DNA from: Candidatus Saccharimonadota bacterium | Lineage (GTDB): Bacteria; Pseudomonadota; Gammaproteobacteria; Enterobacterales; Enterobacteriaceae | DNA: 32,000 bases | Reading direction: 5' to 3' | Assembly (NCBI GenBank): GCA_002688505.1 | Contig: CP024013.1 | Location: forward strand, 210,001-242,000 | Part shown: in pieces, positions 1-15,401 of the stretch | Position numbering within the stretch: the stretch's first letter is position 1 | How the letters are laid out: every line of letters starts with the position of its first letter | The notes under the pieces: generated by a model | Told to the model about the DNA's origin: nothing | What the model saw: only the letters and a program-made list of their open reading frames with translations | The model's database searches: none | Program-made: the position numbers and the translations under genes

Positions 1-1785
1 TTTTTTAATGATATAAATAATTTTGATTTTGATAAAAAAATTTTAAATAAAATTAATTATAAAGATTTTATTGAAAATATTAAAAGTTTATTGTTAGGTT
101 ATGCAATAAATAAAAAATATTGTATATGAAATAATATTTATAGTTATAATTTATTAGATAGTAATTTTATACATAATATTATAGGTAAATTTTCTGATTT
201 TGTTTTTAAAATATTATATTGAAAAAATAAGTTTAGAAAAGAGTATTTTTTAAATAAATGAATAATTTTATATTTTAATTTAATAGAAGATTTTTTTTCT
301 GAAAATTTAATTAAAAATTGTTATTTCTTAAATAAAAATTATTTGAATATATTATTAGATGATTATAAAATTATTAATTTTAATAAAAAAATTAATAGTT
401 CTATTTTTATTAAAATAATATTAATTTTATTAAAAAAAAAAAGAAAAAATATTCAATTTTCTATTAATCATATAAATATTAGTTCAATTTCTTATTTAAG
501 ATCATTACCTTTTAAAATAATTTGTATATTAGGTTTAAATTTAAATATTTATCCTAAAAATATATTAAATTATAATTTTGATTTAATGTATTTATATCCT
601 AAATTTGGTGATAGAAATAAAATAGAAAATGATAAATATTTATTTTTGGAAAATTGTATATTAGCACAAGATAAAATATATATGAGTTATATAAGTTTAT
701 CATTGAATAATAATAAAAAATATTTTCCATCTATTCTATTAGATAATTTATTAAATTATATAAATATTAATATATTTAATTTATCAAAAATTAGTATTAA
801 AAATTTATATTTTAATGTTAAGAATAAAAAAAAATTAAATAATAATAAACAAAATTTATTATATAATAATTTTTATATATTAAATAAAACTAAAAATAAT
901 ATTTTATTAAAAGATTTTTGTAAATTTTGATTTGATCCTATAAAATTTTTTTTTAATATTTCATTAAAAATTTTTTTTTATGAAGATTTAAATTATAATT
1001 TAAATAATTTAAATTATAATATAAAAGATTTTTATATATTTAAGAATAAAATTGTTAATGATTTATTAATTGGTAATAAATTTAATAAAAATTTTTATTT
1101 ATATTTACAAAAATTTAATTTAATTCCTTTAGGAAATTTTGGAAAAATTTTATGAAAAAAAGAAATGTTTAATATTATTAAATTATTTAATTATATTAAT
1201 AATATATCTTTTAGTTATAAAGAATATAAATTTTCAATTATTATAAAAAATATTTTTTTAAATGGTACTTTAAGTATAAATAATGATTTTAATCATTTTA
1301 AATATTTACCTAAAAATTTAAATTTAATAGATGGTTTATTATTTTGAATAGATCATTTAATATATTGTTGTTTAGGATTTTATAAAAAAAGTATTTTATA
1401 TGGATATAATAATATATTTATATTTAATAAATTAAATATATATTTATCTAAAGATTTGTTATATTATTATATAAATGGTTTTTTATATGGTATTAAAAAT
1501 CCATTATTATTTTTTCCAAAATTAAGTGATTTAATATTTAAAAATATTTATAATTTTAAAGAAAAAAAATTATTTAATAATTATAAAATAATTAAATCTT
1601 TATTTTTTAAAATAAAATATTTAATAAAAAATAAAAATAATAATTATGTTTTTTATGGTTTAAATAATGTTTATATTAATTATTTAATTAAAAATAATTA
1701 TATTATTGATATTAATTTAATTATTAGTAATTCTAAAAAATGATTATTACCTATGTTAAAATATATGAAAATTAAAAAGTATTAG
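1..1785 (+). CDS. recC: Exodeoxyribonuclease V gamma subunit RecC, C-terminal 594 codons (5' end is upstream of the window)
   Basis: Frame +1 is open from base 1 to TAG at 1783-1785 when TGA is read as Trp. There are 7 in-frame TGA, starting at 127, 220, 259, 928, 1153, 1345 and 1741. This joins track ORFs 343-930, 1165-1347 and 1456-1743, all in the same frame. FKIICILGLNLNIYPK...FDLMYLYPKFGDRNKIENDKYLFLENCILAQDKIYMSYI tracks the E. coli RecC block LLGMNDGVYPR...GDRSRRDDDRYLFLEAL...LYISYI (recalled). recB and recD follow directly. Confidence 0.85.
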
Positions 1786-1792
1786 TATATTA

Positions 1793-4700
1793 ATGAATAA
1801 TATTTTTGATTATTTAAATAGTAATTTATATAAAAGTAATTTAATTGAATCTTCTGCAGGTACAGGTAAAACTAATATAATTTCATTATTATATTTAAGA
1901 TTTTTATTAAATATTAATATTGATAAATATTTTTCAAATTTATTAATTAATAATATTTTAATAGTTACTTTTACTGATTTGGCATCATTAGAAATTAAAA
2001 GTAGAATTTTAAATAATATAAGAAATTTAAAACAATCATGTATTAAAAATTTTTGTGTTAACGAAAATATAATAAATATTTTTAATTATATTAAATATAT
2101 TCCTAATATATTAAACTTATTAATTCAAATAGAAAATAATATTGATTCTATTTCTATATTTACAATACATGGGTTTTGTAAAAAAATTATATTTAATAAT
2201 TTTATAGAATTTAATATAGATTTTAATTCTAAAATATTATCTGATGAATATAATTTTATTTATGAATCAACTATTTATTATTGATATAAATATATATCTA
2301 TATTAGAAGAAAATATAATTTTAATTGTATTAAAATATTGATCAAGTTATAAATTTTTATTTAATGATATAATTAAAATTTATAATTTTAATAAAATTAA
2401 ATATAATTTTAAAATAAAAAGATTTAATTCTATTAAATATTGTTATTATAATATTTTAAATAGTATTAATTTTTTTAAGAGAGAATGATTATTAAATAGT
2501 AAATATTTATATAATTATTTTTTAAATCTTAAATATAAAGTTTTTAGTTTAAAAAATTTAAATAATTTTTTTTTTGAAATAAATAATTGATGTAAAAATA
2601 ATACATGTGATTTTAATATTCCTAAAAATTTATATAAATTAAGTTATAAATATTTATTATATAATTATAAAAATATTATTTTTAATAATAATTATATATT
2701 AATATTTATAGATTATATATTATATATAATAAATGATTTATATAATTATATTTTATTGGATTGTTTAAAATTTGTTAAAAATAATATTAAATTTAAAAAA
2801 AATGAAAAATTTTTAATTAGTTTTGATGATTTAATAAATAAATTTAATAGTTTTTTAAATAATAATAGTAATAATTTATTTTTAATTAATTATATTAGAA
2901 AAAATTATCCTATAGTTTTAATAGATGAATTTCAAGATACTGATATTAATCAGTATTATATTTTTAATAAAATTTATATTAAAAATAATTCTAGTTTTAA
3001 AACTAAAATAGTATTAATTGGAGATCCTAAACAATTAATATATTCATTCAGAGGTGCTAATATTTTTAGTTATATTTATGCTAAAAAAAATATAAAATGT
3101 ATATATACTTGTAATATAAATTGACGTTCTTCTTATTATTTAAATAAAAGTTTTAATTATTTATTTACTAGAGTTAAAAATTTTTTTATATATAGTGATA
3201 TATTTTATATAAAATTAAAATCTAATGTAGATAATAAAAAATTATATATATTAAATAAAAATAATATTGATAATTCAATTAAATTTTATATATTTAAAGA
3301 TTTAAATTATAAAAATTTTAAATATAATTTAGCAAAATATTGTGCTATTAAATTAATAAATTTATTAAATAATAAAAACAAATATATATTAGATTATAAA
3401 TGTAATAAACGTAATTTATATCCTTCTGATTTTTGTATATTAGTTTATAGTAATTCAGATATTAAAATAGTTTTGGATGTTTTTAAAGATTTTAATTTAC
3501 CTATTTTTTACAATAATAATAAAGATAGTATTTTTAATACTTTAGAAGCAAAAGATATTATTTATATATTAAAATGTATATTATTTCCTATGTCTAAAAT
3601 TAATATTAAAAATATATTATTAACATCTATTTTTGGTTTTAATATTTTTAATATTAATAGTTATATAAATAATAATTATTATTTAAATATATTTATAGAT
3701 GAATTTTATTTATATTATGATTTATGAAATAATTTTGGAATATATTATATGATTAAATATATTATAAAAAAAAAAAAAAGTATTATTAATAATATTATAA
3801 ATAAAAGTCAGTATATAATTAATATTTTACATTTGGCTGAGATATTACAATATATTTATTTAAAGAAAAATAATAAATTTTTATTATTAAAGTGATTAGA
3901 AGATAAAGTTTTTAATAAAATAAATATATTTAAAAATAAATATTATATTAGGTCACCTTATTATAATAAAGAATCAATAAATATTTCTACCATACATAAA
4001 TCTAAAGGTTTACAATATAATATTGTTTGGTTACCATTTTTAATAGATTTAAAAGTTAATAAAAATTTTTTTTATTTTTATGATCGTAAAAAATTTATTT
4101 TTAGTTTAGATTTATATAAAACATATTATGGAAAAAAATTAATGATGGAAGAAATAGTTTCTGAAGAAGTTAGACTTTTTTATGTTGCAATTACTAGATC
4201 AATATATCAATGTAATATTTTTATTTATAATTATAATATTAATAATAAAATGTTTAGTAAAAAGTATATTAATAATATTTTTGGTATAAATAAAAAAAAA
4301 ATTTTTTTAAATTTATATGATTATATAAAAAATAATATTAATTATAAAAATATATTAATTAAATTTATTAAAATATATAAATATATAAATAATTATAAAG
4401 ATATATTTATTTATAAATCTAATAGAATAAAATCTGTTTTAAAAATTAAGAAATTTAATATTAAAAATAATAAATTTATTTTAAATTATTCTAATATAAA
4501 AAATAAAATTATTTTATTAAAAAATAATGTTAATAAAAATATTATAAATAATAATATATTATTGAGAGGTAAAAAAATAGGTAATTTTTTTCATAATATT
4601 ATAGAAAATATTAATTTTAATAATTTTAATTTTAATATAAATTATTTATTATTTAAATTAAAAGAATTTAATATTGATAAAAAATATTTTTTTTTAGTTA

Positions 4701-5287
4701 AGAATATTTTATTTAATTTATTAAATGTTAATTTAAATTATTTAAATATAAGTTTATGTAATAAAAATATTTTAAATATTTATAAAGAATTTGATTTTTT
4801 TTTATATATTTATAAAAAATTTAATTTTATAGATTATTTAAATATTATTAATAAATATGATTTTATTTCTAAAAAATGTGTTATTAATGATTTAAATTTT
4901 AATTTTAATGGTTTTTTAAATGGTGTAATAGACTTAATATTTAATTTTAATAATAAATATTATATTGTAGATTTTAAAACTAATTGAATTGATTATCATT
5001 ATTCATCGTATAATTATAAAAATATGTTGAAATTAATGTGTAAAAATAGATATGATATACAATATCAAATATACTGTTTAGCTTTACATAAATTTTTGAA
5101 AATGAAATATAAAAATTATAGTTATAAAAATAATTTTGGTGGTATATATTATATATTTTTAAGAGGTATTTTTTTGGATACTAATAATAAAAGTTTAACT
5201 GGTATTTATTTTATTAAACCTAAATATGAATTAATTAATAAATTAAGTAAATTTTTTAGAAAAAAAAAATTATTTTATGAAAAATAG
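1793..5287 (+). CDS. recB: Exodeoxyribonuclease V beta subunit RecB (helicase-nuclease), 1164 aa
   Basis: Five track ORFs (1793-2284, 2756-3124, 3473-3727, 4142-4987, 5024-5287) share one frame. I checked every junction and only TGA intervenes. The gene ends at TAG 5285-5287. Motifs: IESSAGTGKT (Walker A), VLIDEFQDTD, LIGDPKQLIYSFRGANI, NWRSS, TIHKSKGLQYNIVWLPF, LFYVAITRS. The nuclease motif GVIDLIF...YYIVDFKTNW retains the Asp/Asp/Lys pattern. Length is close to E. coli RecB (about 1180 aa, recalled). Confidence 0.93.
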
Positions 5288-7100
5288 AGTTAATAATTTT
5301 TTATTAAATGCTTATAAAAAAAAAGAATTAAATTTAATAGATATAAATTTTTCTAAATTATTTTATTTTAAAAAAGATAATAATAGTTATATATATATAT
5401 TATTTGCTTGTATATTAAGTTTATCAAACAGGTTAGGTCATATTTTTGTATATTTAAATGATTTTTTTAATAAAAATATTTTTTTTTCTAAATATATTTT
5501 AGAATTTTTATATTTTTTTTTTAATAAACATATTAAAATTAAAAATTGTATAAATTTAATGTTGGATTGTTATATTATTAGTTTATGATTTAATAAAAAA
5601 AATACTCCTTTTATTTTATATAATGATTGTATTTATTTATATAAAAATTGATATTATGAAAATTATGTTATAACTTATTTAAGTAAAAATTTTTATGTTA
5701 AATTTAAAAAAGATATATATTTAAAATATTTAAATATATATATTAAAAATTTAAATTTAAATTTGAATTTTAAAAAAATTATATTAAGTTCTATTTTTAA
5801 TAAAATTACTATAATTACTGGTTCTCCAGGTACAGGTAAAAGTACTTTAATTATTAAAATAATAATTTTATTATATAAAATATTTAAATTTAAAGATAAA
5901 AATAGTATTATTTTATTATCTCCTACTGGTAAATTATCTTCATGATTAACTGACTGTTTAAATAATATTTATAATTTATTAAATATTAGTAATGATTTAA
6001 AAGAAATTTTACCTAGTAAATGTTTAACTATACATAAATTTTTAGGATTTAATTATTTATATAATTATCTAAAATTTAATAAAAATAATAAAATATTATC
6101 AAATTATATAATTATAGATGAGTGTTCTATGATTAGTTTAAATATTTTTTATAATATATTATCATCTTTAAATAGTTATACTAAATTAATATTAATAGGA
6201 GATTATAATCAATTAGATTCTGTTGAATCTATTTCTATATTTAATAATATTTGTAATATTATTTATGATAATTTTTTTTTTAAAGATTATCTTAATTGTT
6301 TTTTATATTATAAAAATATATTTATATTAAAGAAAAATTATCGTTATATTAATGATAATAAAAATATTGGTATTTTTTTAAACTTAATTAAAAATAAAGA
6401 TTATAATATTTTATATAAATATTTTTTAAATAATTCTTTTTCTAATATTATTTTTTATGATTCTAATAAATTTGGTTATGATTTTTTTTTAGATTTATGT
6501 ATTAAATTTTATAAAAATTATATAAATTTTATTTTATATAATTTTGATATAAATAAAATATTTAATATTTTTAAAAAAGATCAAATAATTTGTATATTAA
6601 AAGAAACTAAAAATGGTGTTTATTTCGTAAATAATTTAATTAATAATTATATATATAATTTATTTAAAAATAAATTTTTATTTAATTTTAATGATAAAAT
6701 TCATTTTTTAGGTGAACCTGTTTTAATTACTAAAAATAATAATGATTTAAAGTTATATAATGGTGATTTAGGTTTTTTTGTATCTGATAAAAAAAATAAT
6801 TTAAGATTATATTTTAATAAAAAGATAAATTATTTTCATCCATTTATATTATATAATAATTTAATAAATGCTTGATCAATAACAGTACATAAATCTCAAG
6901 GTTCTGAATATGATAATGTTTTGTTAATTTTACCTAATAAATTTATTAATATATTAAATAATAATATTATATATACTGCTTTAAGTAGATCTAAAAAAAA
7001 AATTATTATTTATGGTGATATAAATATACTAATTAATAGTATAAAAGTAATTTATAATAAAAATACTAATTTTAGAAAAAGATTAAATATATATTGTTAA
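5277..7100 (+). CDS. recD: Exodeoxyribonuclease V alpha subunit RecD, 607 aa
   Basis: Track ORFs 5277-5588, 5763-5945 and 6129-6875 are in one frame and joined only by TGA. The frame continues past TGA 6873-6875 to TAA 7098-7100. Motifs: ITGSPGTGKST (Walker A), IIIDECSMISL, LILIGDYNQLDSVE, TVHKSQGSEYDNVLLILP. The ATG overlaps the recB 3' end by 11 nt. Confidence 0.9.
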
Positions 7101-7105
7101 TTATT

Positions 7106-7819
7106 CTAAATTATTTTAATTAAATAAATACAAATTAATTGTATATCATTTCATGATAAATTATTAGATAATTTATAATTTTTTTCATATTTATAAAATA
7201 ATTTTAATATTTTTATTATATTTAATATATTAATATAATTATTATTTATATTTTTAATAAAATTTTTAAATAAAATATTTAAAATTAATATTTTATTTGT
7301 ATTTAAATTTTTAAGTTTATTAATTATTTTAAATAAATTATTTATTTTTTTTTTGTTAATTAGTTTAATTAAATTATATATTTGTTTATTTAAGTAATTT
7401 TTAAATTTATATTTATTTTTTTTATTTAATTCTATTAAAAATATTTTTTTATTTTTTATTTTTAAATTTTTTATATTTAATTTTGTTTCAAATTTTAATA
7501 TTATATATATTTTTTTTTTTATTAATTTAAATATATTTTCTTTTAATAAGTAATTAATATTTTTTATATTTTCTATTATATTTATTATAAAAATTTTATT
7601 TTTTGATATTATATTTTCATTTAATATTTCTTTAATTATTAAATTTCAATTAAATTTTTTATTTATAAAAAAATTATATATTATTATATTTTTATATATA
7701 TTTTTTATTTTTTTAATTATATAATTTGTGTATTTATATTTTTTTTTTATATTATTTCCTAATAAGTAATATATATTATATTTAATTTTGTTATTTTTTA
7801 ATATATTAAATTTTATCAT
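7106..7819 (-). CDS. holA: Probable DNA polymerase III delta subunit (HolA), shortened to 237 aa
   Basis: Absent from the ORF track because two in-frame TGA (7646-7648, 7151-7153) break it. I translated it codon by codon from ATG (7817-7819) to TAG (7106-7108). The N-terminus MIKFNILKNNKIKYNIYYLLGNN...FNWNLIIKEI parallels E. coli HolA (...AAYLLLGNDP...TDWNAIFSLC, recalled). It sits immediately downstream of leuS, as in the E. coli leuS-lptE-holA operon. The sequence is very degenerate, so the call rests partly on synteny. Confidence 0.55.
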
Positions 7820-7826
7820 TTATAAA

Positions 7827-10332
<2,506 letters not shown>

Positions 10333-10352
<20 letters not shown>

Positions 10353-12066
10353 ATTTAATTATATTTTTATTTTTTATTATATTTAAATTATGATTTTTAT
10401 ATTTTATTCTATTACATATAAAATATTTTTGAATTTTAAATTTTAATAAATTTTTTTTTATATATTCATATATTTTTTTTATTATATTTATTATTATATT
10501 ATTATTATTAATTTTATTAAATGTTATATTTTTGTTTTTTTTCATATTTTTTTTTTTATTAAATTTATTATATAATTTTATTAATTTTGTTTTTTTTTTA
10601 TATTTTATTTTTTTTTTATGTTTAATTCTTAAAATTGAAAAATTTGGTGTTTGAATATTTTTATTAGGTAATATTATAGTTTTAATATTTTTTTTTTTAA
10701 TATTATATAGAATATCTTTTTTTTTTTTTAATAAATAATATCCTATATTAATAGGAACTATAACATGTATTTCTTTTGTGTTTTTTTTAAAAGATTTTTC
10801 TTGTATAGTTCTTAAAATTAAAAGCGATAAAGATTTATTATCTCTTATAATACCTTCTCCTTTACATCTTGGACAAATATAGTAGCTTGATTCTTTTAAT
10901 GATGGATTTAATCTTTGTCTAGACATTTCTAATAAACCAAATTTAGATATATATCCTATTTGGGTTTTAGCTTTATCTTTATTAATTATTTTTCTAAATT
11001 TTTTTTCTACTTTTTTTTGATTTTCAAATATAGACATATCTATAAAATCTATAACTATTAATCCTCCTAAATCTCTAAATTTTAATTGTTTAGCTATTTC
11101 TTTAGAAGCTTCTAAATTAGTATTTAATGCTGTTATTTCTATATTTTTTTCTTTATTAGATTTTGAAGAATTAACATCTATAGATGTTAAAGCTTCATTT
11201 ATATCTATAGTTATAGAACCTCCTGAGGGTAATCTTACTTCTCTATTAAAAGCAGATTCAATCTGATTTTCAATTTTAAAATAAGTAAATAATGGTATTT
11301 CTTTTTTATATAATTTAATTTTATTTAATATATCAATTTTATTTATTTTTTTAATATATTTTATTGCAGATATATAAGTGTTTTTATTATCTATAATTAT
11401 TTCTTTTATGTCATTATTTAAATAATCTCTAAATATTCTTGTAAATATATCATTTTGTTTATATATTAAACTAGGTGATTTATTTTCTTTAAATTTTTTT
11501 TTAATATATTTTCAAATTTTTAATTTTATTGATAAGTCTAATTTAAATGTATCTATAGATTTTCCTAATCCTGAAGTTCGAATTATTAATCCCATTTTTT
11601 TAGGTATTTTTAATTTTTTTAAAATTTTTTGTATTTTTTCTCTTTCTTTTCCTTCTATTTTTCTAGATATACCTATAATGTTATTATTTGGCATTAAAAT
11701 TAAATAATTACCTATTAAATTTATAAATGTTGTTAAAGCAACACCTTTATTACCTATTTGTTCTCTAGTTATTTGTATTATTAATTCTTGTCCTTTATAT
11801 AAATAATTAATATTATTATTTTTTTTATTAATAAAATATTTAGGTGAAATTTCTTTTAATGGTAAAAATCCTTTTTTTGATTCTCCATAATCTATAAATA
11901 CTGCTTCTAAACTAGGTTCTATTCTTATAATTTTACCTTTATAAATATTAAATTTTTTTTTTTTATATTTGTTGTTTTCTATATTTAAATCATATAATTT
12001 TTTATTATTTATTATTGCTATTCTAAGTTCTTCTTTTTGAGTAGCATTTATTAACATTTTTTTCAT
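10333..12066 (-). CDS. rne: Ribonuclease E, catalytic N-terminal half only, 577 aa
   Basis: Track ORFs 11512-12066 and 10333-11037 share a frame. The interval between them contains only the TGA at 11512-11514. N-terminus MKKMLINATQKEELRIAIINNKKLYDLNIE...IYKGKIIRIEPSLEAVFIDYG matches E. coli Rne ([30 protein letters not shown], recalled). Catalytic blocks SIDVNSS and DLGGLIVIDFIDM and the Zn-link CPRCKGEG are present. The gene is divergent from rluC as in E. coli. Confidence 0.9.
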
Positions 12067-12185
12067 ATAATTTTATATTTATTTTAAATGATTTATTTAT
12101 TAGTATATAATAATGTATAAATAAATTATTATTATTTTATAATATTTTATATATTTATTTTATTTTAAAATAAAAACATAATTAT

Positions 12186-13151
12186 ATGTATAATAAATTT
12201 TTTATAAATTTTTTTAAAATTGGTATTAATGATGTTAATCAAAGATTAGATAATTTTCTATTTAAAAATATTAAAAATTTACCTAAAAGTAAAATATATT
12301 CTTTAATTAGAAAAGGTAATATAAGAGTTAATAATAGTAGAATATGTTTTAATTATAAATTAAATATTAATGATATATTACGTATTCCTTTAATAAATTT
12401 TAAAAAAAAAAATAAATTTTTATATTTAAATAAAAGTATTATAGATAAATTTGTTAATAGAATTATATATGAAGATAATTATTTAATATTAGTTAATAAA
12501 CCTTCAGGTATTAGTGTTCATGATGGTAATAAAGTTAGATTAAATTTAATTGATATTTATAGAAGTTTAAAATCAAATAAATATTTAAATTTAGTACATA
12601 GACTTGATAAGTACTCTTCAGGTTTATTATTAATTTCTAAAAACAGAAATATACTAGTAAATCTAAATAATCAATTTAAATATTCAAATATTATTAAAAA
12701 ATATTATATATTAGTTTATGGTAATTGGCCAAGAGAAATTTATAAAGTATCAAAATTTATATTTAAATATAAAAAAAAAGGTTATATAATAAGTAAAAAA
12801 CAAGAGTTTTATAAAAATATAAAATTAAAATGATCTTTAACTTATTTTAAAATTATAGAATATATTAATAATTTTACTTTATTAAATGTTTATCCTGTTA
12901 CAGGTAGATTTCATCAAATTAGATTGCATACTAGTTATATAGGTTATCCAATATTGTTTGATAATTTATATGGAAATAGGTACTTAAATAAAAAATTATA
13001 TATAAAAAATATTAGTAGATTATTTTTACATTGTAATTATATTTCATTTTTTCATTATTTTCTTAATAAAAGAATATTTTTTAATATTAAATTAGAAAAT
13101 GATTTATATTATATATTAAATGTAATTAAGAAAAATAATATTATTAATTAG
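12186..13151 (+). CDS. rluC: 23S rRNA pseudouridine synthase, RluA family with S4 domain (RluC-like), 321 aa
   Basis: Track ORFs 12186-12833 and 12924-13151 are in the same frame, joined through TGA 12831-12833. Motifs HRLDKYSSGLLLISKN and TGRFHQIRLH are present. Divergent arrangement with rne supports rluC. The gene ends at TAG 13149-13151. Confidence 0.85.
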
Positions 13152-13154
13152 GAG
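13151..13154 (+). promoter_or_regulatory. Shine-Dalgarno-like GGAG for rpmF
   Basis: GGAG lies 5 nt upstream of the rpmF ATG (13160). Its first G is the last base of the rluC TAG stop. G-rich tetramers are rare in this sequence, so this one stands out. Confidence 0.5.
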
Positions 13155-13159
13155 TTAAA

Positions 13160-13336
13160 ATGGCTGTTCAAAAAAGTAAAAAAAGTAGATCTAAAAGAGG
13201 TCATCGTAGATCACATAATAATAATATAAATATACCTTTATTTGTTTTTAATAATAGAACTAATAAATATAATTTATATCATCATGTTGATGAAAATTAT
13301 ATAATTAATAGAAAAAATAAATTATTAATTAAATAA
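13160..13336 (+). CDS. rpmF: 50S ribosomal protein L32, 58 aa
   Basis: Not in the track because it is under 60 aa. MAVQKSKKSRSKRGHRRSHNN... matches E. coli L32 ([21 protein letters not shown], recalled). The stop is TAA 13334-13336. Confidence 0.93.
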   Translation: MAVQKSKKSRSKRGHRRSHNNNINIPLFVFNNRTNKYNLYHHVDENYIINRKNKLLIK

Positions 13337-14864
13337 AAAATTTTTCTTTATTTATTTTTAATAAAAATAAACTTAAAGAATATATTATTATTGTATATAT
13401 AAGTAATAATAGAATTTTTATAATTCTTTTATAAATATTAAATTTTATAAATATTTTTTCTAAATTATTAGTTAATTTATTTAGAAATAATAATATTAAT
13501 AAATTAGATATAAAAATTTTAATTATAAAATTTTTTCATTTATATTTATGTTTAAACATTTTTTTTCTAATTAATTGTATATATAATAAAAAACAATTTA
13601 AATATGAAGATATTATTATTGATATTGATATTCCTATATATTTAAATATTTTTATAGTAAAAATATTAATTATTTGTGAAAATATTAATATAAAAATAGA
13701 TATTTGATTTGGTATATTAATATTATGTTGAGAATAATAACATGGTATAAAAATTTTATTTAATATTAAAGCTGTAAGTCCTATAGAGTATATATTTAAT
13801 ATTTTAGATGTCATAATTACATCTAAATATTTAAATTTTCCATATTTAAAAAATGTTATAATTAATAATTTTGATGATATTAAAAAGAATATAGATATTG
13901 GTATACTTAATAATAAAATTGTTTGTAAATATTTTTCTATTAATTTATTATATCCATTTATATCTTTTTTATTATATTTATTTGATAATTTTGCTAATAA
14001 TAATGTTCCTGTCATTGTACCTAAAATACTTAATGGTAATTCTATTAATTTATCAGCATAATATATTCATGATATCGATCCTTCTTTAAAGTATGAAGAT
14101 AAATTATTATTAATAATTTGTGATATTTGATATATTAATATATTTAATATTGTTGGTATAAATTTTTTAATAATTGTAAATATTCCTTTATGTAAAAAAT
14201 TTATTTTACTAATATTAATTTTTATTGGTATTTTTCTTATATATATATTTTGTATTGTTAACTGTATTATTCCTCCTATTATTATTGGTATACTTAATGA
14301 AGTTATTGATATATTTAAAAATTTACTTATAAATATACTAAATACAATTATATTAATATTAGTTATTAATTGTATTGTAATAATAGGATAAATAATATTT
14401 CATAAATTTATTATTGATGCTAAGAAATAAGATAAAGATATTAATATTATAAATGGTATTGTATAATTAAATATTTTATTTGTTAATTCTAATTTTTTAT
14501 AATTATTTTTAAATCCTGAGTATATAATTAATATTATTTTATTAGAGAAAGTGATACATATTATTGTTAATATAAATAATACTAATATTAGTATAAAATA
14601 CATTGAACTTATTAGTTGTTCTAAATTTTTTTTTTTTTTTTTAAATTTATATTTACTTAATATTGGTATAAATATATATGATAATGTACCTTCTGTAATA
14701 ATTTTTCTAAATAAATTTTGTATTTTAAATGATGTATAAAAAGAATCTGTATGTATATTAATTCCAAATTTATTAGCTATAACTATATCTTTTATAAATC
14801 CAATAATTTTTACAATAAAAGTTAATAAACTGATTTTAATTATGTTAAATAATATATTATTCAT
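13329..14864 (-). CDS. murJ: Lipid II flippase MurJ (MviN), 511 aa
   Basis: Track ORFs 14400-14864 and 13536-14015 share a frame. I checked 13329-14400 codon by codon. In-frame TGA occur at 14400, 14067 and 13536, and the real stop is TAA at 13329-13331. N-terminus MNNILFNIIKISLLTFIVKIIGFIKDIVIANKFG...DSFYTSFKIQNLFRKIITEGTLSYIFIPILSKY parallels E. coli MurJ. The table-4 length equals the E. coli length (511 aa, recalled). The tail after TGA 13536 is hydrophobic and looks like transmembrane segments. Confidence 0.9.
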
Positions 14865-14972
14865 ATTAATTTTTTTAAAATTATTTAAATTATTTTTAAC
14901 AATTTATTAATTAAATTAATTAATATTTTATATTTTAAAAAATATTTTTATATTATTAATTTATATTTATTT

Positions 14973-15392
14973 TTACATTTTATAAATTTTATTTTTTATA
15001 TATAATTCAATTTTTTGTATTATAATTTTTTTAGTAATATTTATATATTTAAATAAATTAATTTTTTTAAAAATCTTTATAAAGTTTATATTTATAATGT
15101 ATTTTTTTGTTTTATTATTACATATTGATAAAATTATAAATAATATTCCTTTAACTATTAAAGTATTACTATCGGCATTAATATTAAATTTTTTTTTATA
15201 TTTTTTTATTTTTAATCATATACTATTATAACATCCATATATTATATATTTTTTTTTTCTTAAATTTTTATTGTTTATTGGTAAATATTTACTTAAATAT
15301 ATTATATAATCTATTTTTTCTTCTGAATTAATACATAAATTAATTTCTTTAATAATTTTTTTAATATTAAATAATTTATTTATTTTTTTCAT
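14973..15392 (-). CDS. sufE: Cysteine desulfuration protein SufE, 139 aa
   Basis: Absent from the track because of one in-frame TGA. Translation: MKKINKLFNIKKIIKEINLCINSEEKIDYIIYLSKYLP...IYGCYNSIWLKIKK...ADSNTLIVKGILFIILSI. This parallels E. coli SufE (EEKYLYIIELGQRLP, IQGCQSQVWI, GDSDAAIVKGLIAVVFIL, recalled), including the persulfide-acceptor Cys. It lies directly downstream of sufS. Confidence 0.85.
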
Positions 15393-15401
15393 ATATATAA
15401 T

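Noticed and set aside
1-7100. Fragmented ORFs in the track (7 to 8 pieces across recC/recB/recD, and similar in leuS, murJ, sufB, gyrB) look like a field of pseudogenes.
   Set aside because: All the pieces of each gene are in one frame. They are separated only by TGA, often at conserved Trp positions, so these are intact genes under table 4.
13898-14089. 63-aa + strand ORF in the track.
   Set aside because: It is antisense to the verified murJ frame. It is low-complexity I/L/Y-rich and is expected by chance in DNA this AT-rich.
14551-14739. 62-aa + strand ORF in the track.
   Set aside because: It is antisense to the conserved N-terminal part of murJ, and no motif supports it.
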